Assembly (NCBI GenBank): GCA_016844565.1
Contig: JAENJB010000001.1
Coordinates: forward strand, 1-45,218
DNA from: Dehalococcoidia bacterium
Lineage (GTDB): Bacteria; Chloroflexota; Dehalococcoidia; JAENJB01
Direction of reading: 5' to 3'
DNA: 45,218 nt
How positions within the stretch are numbered: the stretch's first letter is position 1; each line of letters starts with the position of its first letter. A program made the position numbers and the translations under genes. The notes beneath the pieces were generated by a model that searched no databases, had not been told where the DNA came from, and was given only the letters and a program-made list of their open reading frames with translations. Positions 24,348 through 32,694 of the stretch are shown in pieces.

Positions 24348-25423
24348 AGGCGGTTGTCCTGGTCGGCGGGGAGGGCACGCGGCTGAGGCCGCTCACCTAC
24401 GCCCTCCCCAAGCCCATGTTGCCGGTGCTCAATCGACCCTTCCTCGAGCATACCCTCGCTTCTCTCGGCAAGGGCGGCGTCGACGAGGCCATCTTAGCGG
24501 CAGGCTACCTTCCCGAAGCCATCTCCAGCTATTTTGGCGATGGCGCCGGCCAGGGGGTACGGCTGACCTACAGCGTGGAGGACAGTCCCCTCGGCACCGC
24601 CGGAGCGGTCAAGAAAGCTGAGCGCCACCTGGACGGCGCTTTTGCTGTCTTCAACGGCGACCTCTTTGCCGACCTCGACCTCCGCGACATGCTGGCCTTT
24701 CACGAATCAAGAAAGGCCAAGGCAACCATAGCTATGACCTGGGTGGATAACCCGTGCCCCTATGGATGCGTGGAAACTGGTGTTGAGGGAGCGGTGAGGC
24801 GTTTTATAGAGAAGCCAAGGCCTGAGGAGGTGACCACCCACTGGATAAATGCCGGCATCTACATTCTTGAGCCGGAGGTGCTGGAACATGTGCCGCCCGG
24901 GACCCATCACATGTTCGAGACGGGGCTTTTCCCCTTCCTCATCGAGCGCGGCGAGACTGTCTTTGGCTATCCTTTAAGAGGTTACTGGCTGGATATGGGA
25001 ACGCCGGGAAAGTACCTGCGACTGAACTGCGACCTGCTTCAGGGCCGGGTGAAGAGCGCCATTAATGGAATCATGGATGAACACGCCGTGCTGCTGGGCG
25101 AAGGATGCTCCATCCATCCGTCGGCCAGGGTGGAGGGGCCGGTACTCATGGGCAGGAAATGCCAGGTCAGCCGGCATGCGGTAATTAAGGGACCGGCGGT
25201 TTTCGGCGCCGAGTGCTATCTGGGGGAGGACGCGAGGGTGGAGAGGTCAGTGCTCTGGCAGGGCGTCAAGGTTGGCGCCGAGGCCGGCGTCAAGGAGTGC
25301 ACCCTGGGCGGAGGAGTGTTGGTAAGAAGTGGAGACCAGTTAACCAGTCGCGCCGTGGTCAGCAGCCGTGTCCGGAAGGGGCAGACGAGATCGGTCTCCT
25401 TCTTGTCTGAGTCAGAGGACTAG
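24344..25423 (+). CDS. NDP-sugar pyrophosphorylase (mannose-1-P guanylyl-/glucose-1-P nucleotidyl-transferase type) with C-terminal left-handed beta-helix
   Basis: The protein reads KAVVLVGGEGTRLRPLTYALPKPMLPV with a hexapeptide-like C-terminus. GTG 24344 overlaps the SemiSWEET stop (GTGA). The first 163 codons of track ORF 23855 are out-of-frame overlap with lysC. Confidence 0.88.
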   Translation: MKAVVLVGGEGTRLRPLTYALPKPMLPVLNRPFLEHTLASLGKGGVDEAILAAGYLPEAISSYFGDGAGQGVRLTYSVEDSPLGTAGAVKKAERHLDGAFAVFNGDLFADLDLRDMLAFHESRKAKATIAMTWVDNPCPYGCVETGVEGAVRRFIEKPRPEEVTTHWINAGIYILEPEVLEHVPPGTHHMFETGLFPFLIERGETVFGYPLRGYWLDMGTPGKYLRLNCDLLQGRVKSAINGIMDEHAVLLGEGCSIHPSARVEGPVLMGRKCQVSRHAVIKGPAVFGAECYLGEDARVERSVLWQGVKVGAEAGVKECTLGGGVLVRSGDQLTSRAVVSSRVRKGQTRSVSFLSESED

Positions 25424-25638
25424 ACCGCCACCACTTCCTTGACTTCCGGGACCTCTTCTTTGATGATGCGCTCGACGGCGTTCTTCAGTGTCATGGCGGA
25501 GAAGGCGCATCCCCCGCAGGCGCCCGTAAGCTTCACCTTCACGGTGCCGTTAGTGATGTCCACCAGCTTGACGTCGCCGCCGTCAGCTACCAGGAAAGGC
25601 CGTACCTTATCGAGGGCCTTTTCTACTTTCTCTTTCAT
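25420..25638 (-). CDS. NifU-like (Nfu) Fe-S cluster scaffold/carrier domain protein
   Basis: The protein reads VRPFLVADGGDVKLVDI...VKVKLTGACGGCAFSAMTL (CxxC). Its stop overlaps the convergent gene's stop (CTAG). Confidence 0.88.
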   Translation of the reverse strand: MKEKVEKALDKVRPFLVADGGDVKLVDITNGTVKVKLTGACGGCAFSAMTLKNAVERIIKEEVPEVKEVVAV

Positions 25639-25749
25639 CTTGAATCACCTCCCTTTAGGCCGTTTCCGGCGCCTTCCAAGACAGACGGAATACCAGCCTC
25701 ATAAGCCAATATAGCATAGCTCCCAGGGTGTGTCAAAGCTCCGTGTGCT

Positions 25750-25845
25750 GTCATTCTGAGTTCGCGAAGCAGAACGAAAGCCTGCCCTGAGCCTGCCGAA
25801 GGGAATCCGCCCCGGTGGGGTTCTCAGGGAGCGGATCCTTCCGGG
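25750..25845. repeat. Degenerate composite repeat (family B left end plus family D-like module)
   Basis: The sequence reads GTCATTCTGAGttcGCGAAGC...GCCCTGAGCCTGCCGAAGGGAATCCGCC...GCGGATCC. Confidence 0.55.
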
Positions 25846-25937
25846 TAGTGACCCGGAAGCATTTGACAGTACCCTCGCCGTGTCAGCATAATTGGGTCTA
25901 CGCGCAAGGCAGGTTCAGAAGACATCAAGGAGGAGAG

Positions 25938-26504
25938 ATGAAGATTGTAGCCATTGTGGGAAGCCCCCGTCCCGAGGGGAATACGAGTTACCTGGTCGAC
26001 GAGGCCCTCGATGAAGCCAGAAAGCAGGGCATAGCTACTGAGAAGGTAATCCTCGTGGAGCGCCAGATTGGCTGGTGCCTGGGACACCTGGACTGCGGAA
26101 CTCAGACGGCCTGCCTGCATGACCGGGACGATGCGGCGGAGATTATCGAGAAGCTGTTCTCGGCCGATGGCGTCATCCTGTCCAGCGCGGTGCAGATGGG
26201 GAACGTCACCGGCATCATGAAGAACTTCATGGACCGCACCCGCTTCAAGCGCCGCCAGAAGATTCAGATGCCTGCCCGCAGCATCGGTCTGATTGCGGTG
26301 GCCTCCAGCAGCGGCATCGATGACACCCTGGCCGTGCTGGAGCGCTACGTGGGCCGGCAGAGCCCCATCCCGCCGGAGAAGATTCATAAGGTCGGCGGCA
26401 AGGCCAACAAGCCCGGCGAGGCGAAGGCGAACCCGGAGCTGACCAAACAGGCGCGGGACCTGGGGAAGAAGATGGCCGAGGAGATAAAGAAACCGGCCGG
26501 CTAG
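25938..26504 (+). CDS. Flavodoxin-like NAD(P)H-dependent FMN reductase family protein
   Basis: The protein reads MKIVAIVGSPRPEGNTSYLVDEAL...DGVILSSAVQMGNVTG. I prefer ATG 25938 (AGGAGGAGAG upstream) over track start 25815, which lies in the repeat. Confidence 0.82.
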   Translation: MKIVAIVGSPRPEGNTSYLVDEALDEARKQGIATEKVILVERQIGWCLGHLDCGTQTACLHDRDDAAEIIEKLFSADGVILSSAVQMGNVTGIMKNFMDRTRFKRRQKIQMPARSIGLIAVASSSGIDDTLAVLERYVGRQSPIPPEKIHKVGGKANKPGEAKANPELTKQARDLGKKMAEEIKKPAG

Positions 26505-26535
26505 ACCAAGGTTTTGCCGGTCATCCCTACACGGT

Positions 26536-26635
26536 GTCATCCTGAGCGAAGCGAAGGATCTCGGAGCGGTGGGGCCTATTTGTGCATCACTAACCCCACC
26601 CAGAGATTCTTCGTCGCTTCGCTCCTCAGAATGAC
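26536..26635. repeat. Family B 100-bp element, inverted relative to 19289-19388
   Basis: The reverse complement differs from 19289-19388 at a single base (C versus G in GCAcAAATAGG). Confidence 0.9.
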
Positions 26636-26647
26636 AGTTCTCCGGCT

Positions 26648-27307
26648 TCACGTTTCGCTCTTCCTCACCAGGGCGCAGATGTTTCGAGAGAAGACCTTCA
26701 GCGGTAAGGCGTAGGCCTTCTCCGGGGCCAGGCTCACCACCTCGAAGCCGGCAGCCTTCAGCGCCTCCCGCAGCTCTGCTGCGGAATAGAGGTAGTAGTA
26801 GCGGTGGAAGACCTCGTCCTTCGTCCTCCAGGGCACCATCAGCTCCTTCGGCTTCAGCCAGAAGCGGGGCTGCCACCGGTTCCAGACGGTGAGAAAGGCC
26901 TCCCCGCCGGGCTTCAGCACCCGGCGCAGCTCGTCGAAGGATTGCCTTCTCTCTTGCTGACCCTTGATGTGATGGTAGCTGGCCACCGCGATAGCCCGAT
27001 CGAAAGTCCCGTCATGGAAGGGGAGCGAGCGGGCATCCGCCAGCACCAGATTGGCGCTGAATCCGAACTTCCCCGAGTACTTCCGGGAGAGACGGAGCAT
27101 CTCGCCTGAGATGTCCACCCCCCAGAGCTCAAAGCCTTCCCTGAAGGGCAGGAAATCGGGCCCGTGGGCGCAGCCCACGTTCAGCAGACGGCCTTTCTCC
27201 CAGCGCCGGGCCATCTCCTCCAACTCCCGCCGGAGGAGAGGCCAGTGACGCTGGCCGTACCAGCTCTCTGCTATGTGGTCGAAGACTTTGTCGTCGTAGG
27301 TTGTCAT
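26648..27307 (-). CDS. Class I SAM-dependent methyltransferase
   Basis: Motif I is LLNVGCAHGPD and the protein also reads ...VLKPGGEAFLTVWN. I prefer ATG 27307 (MTTYDDKVF...). The track extension runs into the repeat. Confidence 0.88.
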   Translation of the reverse strand: MTTYDDKVFDHIAESWYGQRHWPLLRRELEEMARRWEKGRLLNVGCAHGPDFLPFREGFELWGVDISGEMLRLSRKYSGKFGFSANLVLADARSLPFHDGTFDRAIAVASYHHIKGQQERRQSFDELRRVLKPGGEAFLTVWNRWQPRFWLKPKELMVPWRTKDEVFHRYYYLYSAAELREALKAAGFEVVSLAPEKAYALPLKVFSRNICALVRKSET

Positions 27308-27322
27308 GCCAACACATTGGCT

Positions 27323-27438
27323 GTCATTGCCATGCCCTCCCGACAAGTCGGGAGGGCATGGCAATCTCACCGGCACCTATTAAGAAGGCACACTGAGATT
27401 GCTTCGTCATCCGCCTCGGGCGGCTTCTTCGCAATGAC
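27323..27438. repeat. Family A element (116-bp variant)
   Basis: The sequence reads GTCATTGCcatgCCCTCCCGACAAGTCGGGAGGGcatgGCAATCTC...GAGATTGCTTCGtcATCCGCCtcGGGCGGcTtCTTCGCAATGAC. Confidence 0.85.
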
Positions 27439-27531
27439 AGTCCGGGCTGACCCGCGAATTCGCCTCCATTCTTTGCCTCCCCGCAGGAATTTGCTAAACT
27501 TGGAAAAGATCATTGTAGAGGAAACCACTGC

Positions 27532-28902
27532 GTGAGGAAAGTTTCAAGGACCATCTCCGGCGTGACGCCGGTGGCGGTGATGACCGAGCCCATGGGGTGC
27601 CCGGGCGAGTGCGTCTATTGTCCCACCTATCCGACGGCTCCTCAGAGCTACACCGAGACCTCGCCGGCGGTAATCAGGGCCAGGGCCTGCGACTATGAGC
27701 CGCGCAAACAGGTGGCAAAGCGGCTCCGGATGCTGGATGCGATGGGACACCCGGCCGACAAGGTGGAGCTGATTGTCATGGGGGGCACCTTCCTGTCTCT
27801 TCCGGAAGACTACCAGCACCAGTTCATCAAGGGCTGCTACGATAGCCTCAACGGGGTGGAGAGTCCCTGTCTGGAGGAAGCCAAGAGACTCAACGAGACG
27901 GCCGGGCACCGCTGCGTGGGCCTGTGCATCGAGACCCGCCCGGACTGGTGCGGTCAGCGGGAGATAGAGCGGATGCTGGAGATGGGGACCACCAGGGTGG
28001 AGTTGGGGGTGCAGACCATCGATGATAGTATCTACGAGAGGGTCAAGCGGGGGCACAAGGTGGCCGATGTGGTTACCGCTACCAGGTTGCTGAAAGACCA
28101 CGGCTTCAAGGTCTATTATCACTGGATGCCCGGCCTGCCGGGCGCTACGCCGGAGAGCGACCTGGACCTGTCCGGCCAGCTGTTCGAGGACGACCGGTTC
28201 AAGCCCGATGGGCTGAAGCTCTACCCCACGCTGGTAATAGCCGGCACCGAGCTGGAGCGCTGGTACCGGCAGGGAAGCTACCTTCCCTACCCGGACGAGG
28301 AGCTGATGGAGCTGCTGGTGCGGATAAAGCTGCTTGTTCCGAAGTATGCGCGGATACCGCGGGTGATGCGGGACATTCCGACCGAGTTTATCGTCGCCGG
28401 CTCCACCGACTTAAACCTCAGGGGCACGCTCCGCCGGCGGATGGCGGAGAAGGGCCTTCGCTGCCAGTGCACCCGCTGCCGGGAGTACGGGCACCGGGCG
28501 AGGGACGGCTGGCGCATCGGCGAGCCAAAGCTGACCCGGATGGATTACCCGGCCTCAGGAGGCAGGGAAGTGTTCCTCTCCTTCGAGGATGATGAGGAGA
28601 CCCTTTTCGGTCTTCTCAGGCTGAGGGTGCCCTTCCGGCCGGATTGGGCAAATGACATGGGTGAGGCGGCCGTGGTCAGGGAGGTGCATGTCTTCGGGGC
28701 AGAGCTGCCACTGGGGGAGCGCTTGGGGAAGTCGGCCCAGCACAAGGGGCTGGGCCGGGCCTTGATTGAAGAGGCTGAGAGGATAGCCAGAGAAGACCTC
28801 GGAGCGAAGAAGCTCTTTGTCCTTAGCGGCGTCGGCGCCCGGGAGTACTACCGCGCGCTGGGGTATGGGGAGGAGGGGCCTTACATGGTGAAAAGCTTAT
28901 AG
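27532..28902 (+). CDS. elp3: Elp3-family radical-SAM / GNAT acetyltransferase (tRNA U34 carboxymethylation enzyme homologue)
   Basis: The radical-SAM cluster is CPGECVYCP, the body reads ...ELIVMGGTF...IETRPD..., and the C-terminal GNAT domain reads HKGLGRALIEEAERIA. The 456-aa length is similar to known bacterial/archaeal Elp3. Confidence 0.88.
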   Translation: MRKVSRTISGVTPVAVMTEPMGCPGECVYCPTYPTAPQSYTETSPAVIRARACDYEPRKQVAKRLRMLDAMGHPADKVELIVMGGTFLSLPEDYQHQFIKGCYDSLNGVESPCLEEAKRLNETAGHRCVGLCIETRPDWCGQREIERMLEMGTTRVELGVQTIDDSIYERVKRGHKVADVVTATRLLKDHGFKVYYHWMPGLPGATPESDLDLSGQLFEDDRFKPDGLKLYPTLVIAGTELERWYRQGSYLPYPDEELMELLVRIKLLVPKYARIPRVMRDIPTEFIVAGSTDLNLRGTLRRRMAEKGLRCQCTRCREYGHRARDGWRIGEPKLTRMDYPASGGREVFLSFEDDEETLFGLLRLRVPFRPDWANDMGEAAVVREVHVFGAELPLGERLGKSAQHKGLGRALIEEAERIAREDLGAKKLFVLSGVGAREYYRALGYGEEGPYMVKSL

Positions 28903-28919
28903 TAATAATAGTGGGTGTC

Positions 28920-29486
28920 CTACTGCTGCCCGTATTTGTTGCGGAAGACGATTTCCTTCAGTTCTTTCCTGGGCCGAGGCTCGATCGCCTCATCCGGATA
29001 GCCCAGCGGGGTCATGGCTATGACCTCGATGTCCTCGGGCACACCCAAGACCTCCTCCACCTTCTTGTGGTCGAAGAGGCCGATGTGCACCGTGCCCAGG
29101 CCCAGGGCGAAGGCGGTCAGCACCAGGTTCTGCATCGCCACACCCACATCGTACATGCTCCACTCTCCCCTGACGGTGAACGGCGTGCCCGCGGAGGAGT
29201 AGCCCGACTTCTTCTTCTGGGCGCAGGCCACGATGGTGACGGGCGCTGTCCTGACAGCCACCGCGCCGCGGTTCTCCCTGGTGGGGTCGCGGGACAGGAA
29301 ACACCGGGCCAACTGGTTCTTCATCTCCTGCTCGGTGACCACCACGAACCTCCAGCACTGGCTGTTGGCCCACGAGGGGGCCTGACGCGCCGCCTCGAGG
29401 ACGGTGTTCAGGTCCTCCGGGCTCACCGGCGTAGATTTGAACTTGCGGATGCTGCGCCTACCGCGGATAGCTTGCATGACATCCAT
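28920..29486 (-). CDS. Nitroreductase-family flavoprotein
   Basis: The protein reads MDVMQAIRGRRSIRKFKSTPVSPEDLNTVLEAARQAPSWANSQCWRF. I prefer ATG 29486 because the track extension is repeat-derived. Confidence 0.85.
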   Translation of the reverse strand: MDVMQAIRGRRSIRKFKSTPVSPEDLNTVLEAARQAPSWANSQCWRFVVVTEQEMKNQLARCFLSRDPTRENRGAVAVRTAPVTIVACAQKKKSGYSSAGTPFTVRGEWSMYDVGVAMQNLVLTAFALGLGTVHIGLFDHKKVEEVLGVPEDIEVIAMTPLGYPDEAIEPRPRKELKEIVFRNKYGQQ

Positions 29487-29504
29487 TTCAACCTCACCCC
29501 CTTG

Positions 29505-29540
29505 CGTCCCCCCTCTCCTTTGCAAGGAGAGGGGGGAATG
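29505..29540. repeat. Family C hairpin
   Basis: The arms are CCCCCCTCTCCtttgcaaGGAGAGGGGGG. Confidence 0.6.
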
Positions 29541-29691
29541 TTGTCTCGAAGAGGGCCTAACGGCCCTCTTCGACGCTCTGCTACCAGGCAAACACGGGAA
29601 CTGGAAGTCTAGCATAGCCTTCGAGCGCTTTTCAACGAAGCCATGAGGCCGCCTGGCAATATTCTTGTGTCATTCGGAGAGCTTTGCCTGC

Positions 29692-29895
29692 TGTCATTGC
29701 ACGAAGTGCCAGGGCAATCCGCCACTTTCTCTCTCCCCTGGAGGGAGAGAGTTAGACCTGTCCTGAGCTTGTCGAAGGAGAGAGAGGGATTCATGTTCCA
29801 CAGCACACCCTCTCCCTATCCCTCTCCCGTCAAGGGAGAGGGAGCATCACGGATTACTTCGTCGTCCCGATGGAATCGTGACTCCTCGCAATAAC
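29692..29895. repeat. Family A-like element whose centre is occupied by family C and D modules
   Basis: The left end is GTCATTGCAcGAAGtgccaggGCAATCCGCC. The right end is GGATTaCTTCGTCGTCCCGATggaATCGtGactCCTCGCAATAAC. Inside are C hairpins at 29728-29752 and 29805-29850 and a D fragment at 29755-29778. Confidence 0.75.
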
Positions 29896-29934
29896 AGGAA
29901 GGGTGCTATAATTCAGGCGAAAGGCTGATATTGA

Positions 29935-30360
29935 GTGATGGGCGTAAAGAAACGGTTCGCCGTCATCGAGCACACGGCGGATATCGGCATCGTGGCCTAC
30001 GGCTCTGACCTCAAGGAGGCCTTCGCCAACGCCGCTTACGGTTTCTTCAGTCTGATCACCGAGCCCCGCAGGATAAGGGCGTCTCTCGAACGCGAGGTAG
30101 AGGTCCGGGCGGAGGACCTGGAGGGCCTGATAGTCGCCTGGCTCGGCGAGTTCATCTACCTTTTCGATGTGGAGCAACTCCTCTTCAAGAAGTTTGTCAT
30201 CGAGGAGCTCAGCGAGACCCATCTGAAGGCCACGGTCCATGGCGAGAAGGTCGATCTACAGAGGCACCGCCTGAAGCTCGGCATAAAGGCGGTCACCCGC
30301 CACCAGCTTAGCGTTGTCGCCAGGGACGGGGTGGAAGCCAGGGTAATCTTCGATATCTGA
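29935..30360 (+). CDS. Archease (RtcB activator/chaperone)
   Basis: The FAVIEHTADIGIVAYGSDLKEAFANAAYGFFSLI signature is present. It is 141 aa and directly upstream of rtcB. The start is GTG 29935 or ATG 29938. Confidence 0.9.
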   Translation: MMGVKKRFAVIEHTADIGIVAYGSDLKEAFANAAYGFFSLITEPRRIRASLEREVEVRAEDLEGLIVAWLGEFIYLFDVEQLLFKKFVIEELSETHLKATVHGEKVDLQRHRLKLGIKAVTRHQLSVVARDGVEARVIFDI

Positions 30361-30369
30361 GGTGTAGAG

Positions 30370-31830
30370 ATGTCACCGCGCTGGGAAGGGAAGCTGAGGA
30401 GAATAGACGACTACCGATGGGAGATACCCAGGAGCTACAAGGCCGGGATGCGCGTCCCCGGCATTGTGTACGCCAGCGAGGAGATGCTGGAGACCATCCG
30501 CGAGGAACAGGCGATGGAGCAGGTAGTTAACGTAGCCTTTCTGCCCGGGATCGAGTGCTGTTCACTGGCCATGCCCGACATCCACTGGGGTTACGGCTTC
30601 CCCATTGGCGGGGTGGCGGCCACGAGGGTGAAGGACGGCGTGGTGTCGCCCGGCGGAGTGGGCTTCGATATCAACTGCGGCGTGCGCATGCTGCGTACCA
30701 ACCTGACGGCGGACGAGGTCAAACCCAGGATGGAGGAACTGGTGAACGCCCTGTTCTATGCCATCCCCTCCGGTGTGGGCGCGGAGGGAAAGCTGAGGGT
30801 CAGTGAGAAGGAGCTGGACCAGGTGCTGGTCAAGGGCGCCCGCTGGGCGGTAGAAAAGGGGTTGGGCCTGGCCGAGGACCTGGCGGTCTGCGAGGAGGAG
30901 GGCGCCATGAAGGGGGCTGACCCCGGTAAGGTGAGTGCGCGGGCCAAGGCGCGGGGCAAGCCCCAGCTCGGCACGGTCGGTTCGGGCAACCACTTCGCCG
31001 AGGTCCAGGAGGTGGTCGAAATCTTCGAGCCGGACATGGCGAAGGTCATGGGCATACAGCACGTGGGGCAGGTGACCGTCATGGTGCACAGCGGCTCGCG
31101 CGGGCTGGGACATCAGGTGTGCACCGACTATCTTGAGGTCATGGGGCGGGCTATCAGCCGCTACGGCATCAGCCTTCCCGACCGGCAGCTGGCATGCGCT
31201 CCCGTGGAGTCGCCGGAGGGGCAGGACTATCTGGCGGCGATGGCGGCGGCGGCGAACTACGCCTGGACGAACCGCCATTGCATGGCGCACTGGGTGAGGG
31301 AGACATTCGCCAGGGTGCTGGGCAGGAGCGAGGTATCCCTGGGAATGAGGGTTATCTATGACGTGGCCCACAACATAGCCAAGATGGAGAAGCATGTGAT
31401 TGACGGTGAGAGGGTCTCCCTCTGCGTGCACCGCAAGGGCGCCACCAGGGCTTTCCCACCGGGACATCCGGACATACCGGACGTCTACAAGAAGATAGGA
31501 CAGCCGGTGCTCATCCCCGGGGACATGGGGCGCTACTCTTTTCTGGCGGTGGGCACCGAGAGGGCGTTGAAGGACACCTGGGGCTCCACCTGCCACGGCG
31601 CCGGGCGGAGGCTGAGCCGCGGCGCGGCCAAGCGAAGCCTGAAGGGTGTGAACATCGCCCAGCGGCTGCGGGACAAGGGCATCCTTGTGCGGGCGACGAG
31701 CATGGGAGAGCTGGCGGAAGAGGCATCGGAGGCCTATAAGGACGTGGCCCAGGTGGTGGAAGTTACCCACCAGGCGGGCATCTCCCGCAACGTCGCCAGG
31801 ATGCGCCCGCTGGGGGTGGTGAAGGGGTAG
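30370..31830 (+). CDS. rtcB: RNA-splicing/repair ligase RtcB (3'-phosphate/5'-hydroxyl)
   Basis: The protein shows MPDIHWGYGFPIGGV, GFDINCGVR, GSGNHF and ...STCHGAGR.... It is 486 aa. Confidence 0.95.
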   Translation: MSPRWEGKLRRIDDYRWEIPRSYKAGMRVPGIVYASEEMLETIREEQAMEQVVNVAFLPGIECCSLAMPDIHWGYGFPIGGVAATRVKDGVVSPGGVGFDINCGVRMLRTNLTADEVKPRMEELVNALFYAIPSGVGAEGKLRVSEKELDQVLVKGARWAVEKGLGLAEDLAVCEEEGAMKGADPGKVSARAKARGKPQLGTVGSGNHFAEVQEVVEIFEPDMAKVMGIQHVGQVTVMVHSGSRGLGHQVCTDYLEVMGRAISRYGISLPDRQLACAPVESPEGQDYLAAMAAAANYAWTNRHCMAHWVRETFARVLGRSEVSLGMRVIYDVAHNIAKMEKHVIDGERVSLCVHRKGATRAFPPGHPDIPDVYKKIGQPVLIPGDMGRYSFLAVGTERALKDTWGSTCHGAGRRLSRGAAKRSLKGVNIAQRLRDKGILVRATSMGELAEEASEAYKDVAQVVEVTHQAGISRNVARMRPLGVVKG

Positions 31831-31858
31831 GGCTACGCCTGAGGACGTGGAAGAAAGG

Positions 31859-31887
31859 TTGGTTGGTGAGAGCGAAAATGTGATAAT
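31859..31887 (+). promoter_or_regulatory. sigma70-like promoter with extended -10 (TTGGTT-17-TGtGATAAT)
   Basis: Read directly. It lies 20 nt upstream of the hicB ATG region, with RBS GGGAGAAAG. Confidence 0.4.
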
Positions 31888-31907
31888 GGGATGAAGGGAG
31901 AAAGAAG

Positions 31908-32114
31908 ATGAAGTTTCTTGTTACTATTTTTCAGGACGAGGATGGGATGTTCGTCGCCGAATGTCCCTCTATTCCTGGCTGCATAAGTCAGGGCAGGACA
32001 GAAGAAGAGGCTGAGAGAAACATTCGAGAGGCAATCAAGGTATGTCTGGAGGTGAGGGCCGAGAGAGGCATGCCACTGACAGTGAACGTCCGCCAGGTGG
32101 AAGTTGCTGTCTGA
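31908..32114 (+). CDS. hicB: HicB-like antitoxin (short form, no obvious DNA-binding domain)
   Basis: The protein reads FLVTIFQDEDGMFVAECPSIPGCISQGRTEEEAERNIREAI (UPF0150/HicB N-domain). Confidence 0.85.
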   Translation: MKFLVTIFQDEDGMFVAECPSIPGCISQGRTEEEAERNIREAIKVCLEVRAERGMPLTVNVRQVEVAV

Positions 32115-32341
32115 TGCCTGAGGTGCCCGTACTTAGGCCCCAGGAAGTTGTAAAAGTTTTCAAGAAGCTGGGTTGGGAGGCCGTCAGGCAACGAGGCAGT
32201 CATATCATCATGGTGAAGGAAGGGCACATAGCTACGCTTTCAGTGCCCAACCATGAGGAGGTAGCGCGGGGCACCTTGCGCACTTTGATTGCGAGGGCAG
32301 GGATGACCGTGGAGGAGTTCCTGAAAGCGCTGTCCAAATAG
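32114..32341 (+). CDS. hicA: HicA mRNA-interferase toxin
   Basis: The protein reads LRPQEVVKVFKKLGWEAVRQRGSHIIMVKEG...SVPNHEEVARGTLRTLIARAG (YcfA/HicA). The ATG overlaps the hicB TGA by 1 nt. The earlier start in the track is out-of-frame overlap. Confidence 0.85.
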   Translation: MPEVPVLRPQEVVKVFKKLGWEAVRQRGSHIIMVKEGHIATLSVPNHEEVARGTLRTLIARAGMTVEEFLKALSK

Positions 32342-32376
32342 CTTCGAACAATGAACGCAGTCCTTGAGGTGGCAGA

Positions 32377-32694
32377 ATGAGAAAGGCGATATATTTGGCA
32401 ATCCTTCTCATCGTGGCAGCGTCCATTGCGGCTCCAGCCAGTTGCGGCGGGCTCGCCGGCCCGGGTAAGGACATCATCTCCGTGACCGGCACGGTGAAAT
32501 TCATCGAGCTCGAGGGCGGATTTTACGGGATAGCCGGCGACGACGGTAAGAACTATGACCCCATCAATCTGGCCCAGGACTTCCGGCAGGATGGCATGCG
32601 GGTGCGATTTGAAGCGAAAGTGCGGACAGACATGGCCAGCACCCGCCAGTGGGGCGCGCTGGTCGAGATAACCCGAATCTCGAAGCTGAAATAG
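32377..32694 (+). CDS. Small hypothetical lipoprotein
   Basis: The signal peptide has lipobox ...APASC. The mature part reads VTGTVKFIELEGGFYGIAGDDGKNYDP.... I recognise no family with confidence. Confidence 0.7.
   Translation: MRKAIYLAILLIVAASIAAPASCGGLAGPGKDIISVTGTVKFIELEGGFYGIAGDDGKNYDPINLAQDFRQDGMRVRFEAKVRTDMASTRQWGALVEITRISKLK

Noticed and set aside
25824-26876. A 350-aa minus-strand ORF.
   Set aside because: It is antisense to the FMN-reductase gene and spans the family B repeat (it includes the peptide ...CHSEERSDEESLGGVSDAQIGPTAPRSFASLRMT...). It also overlaps the real methyltransferase gene out of frame.
30562-31770. A 402-aa minus-strand ORF.
   Set aside because: It is a high-GC antisense shadow of rtcB. 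RtcB signature motifs are on the plus strand.
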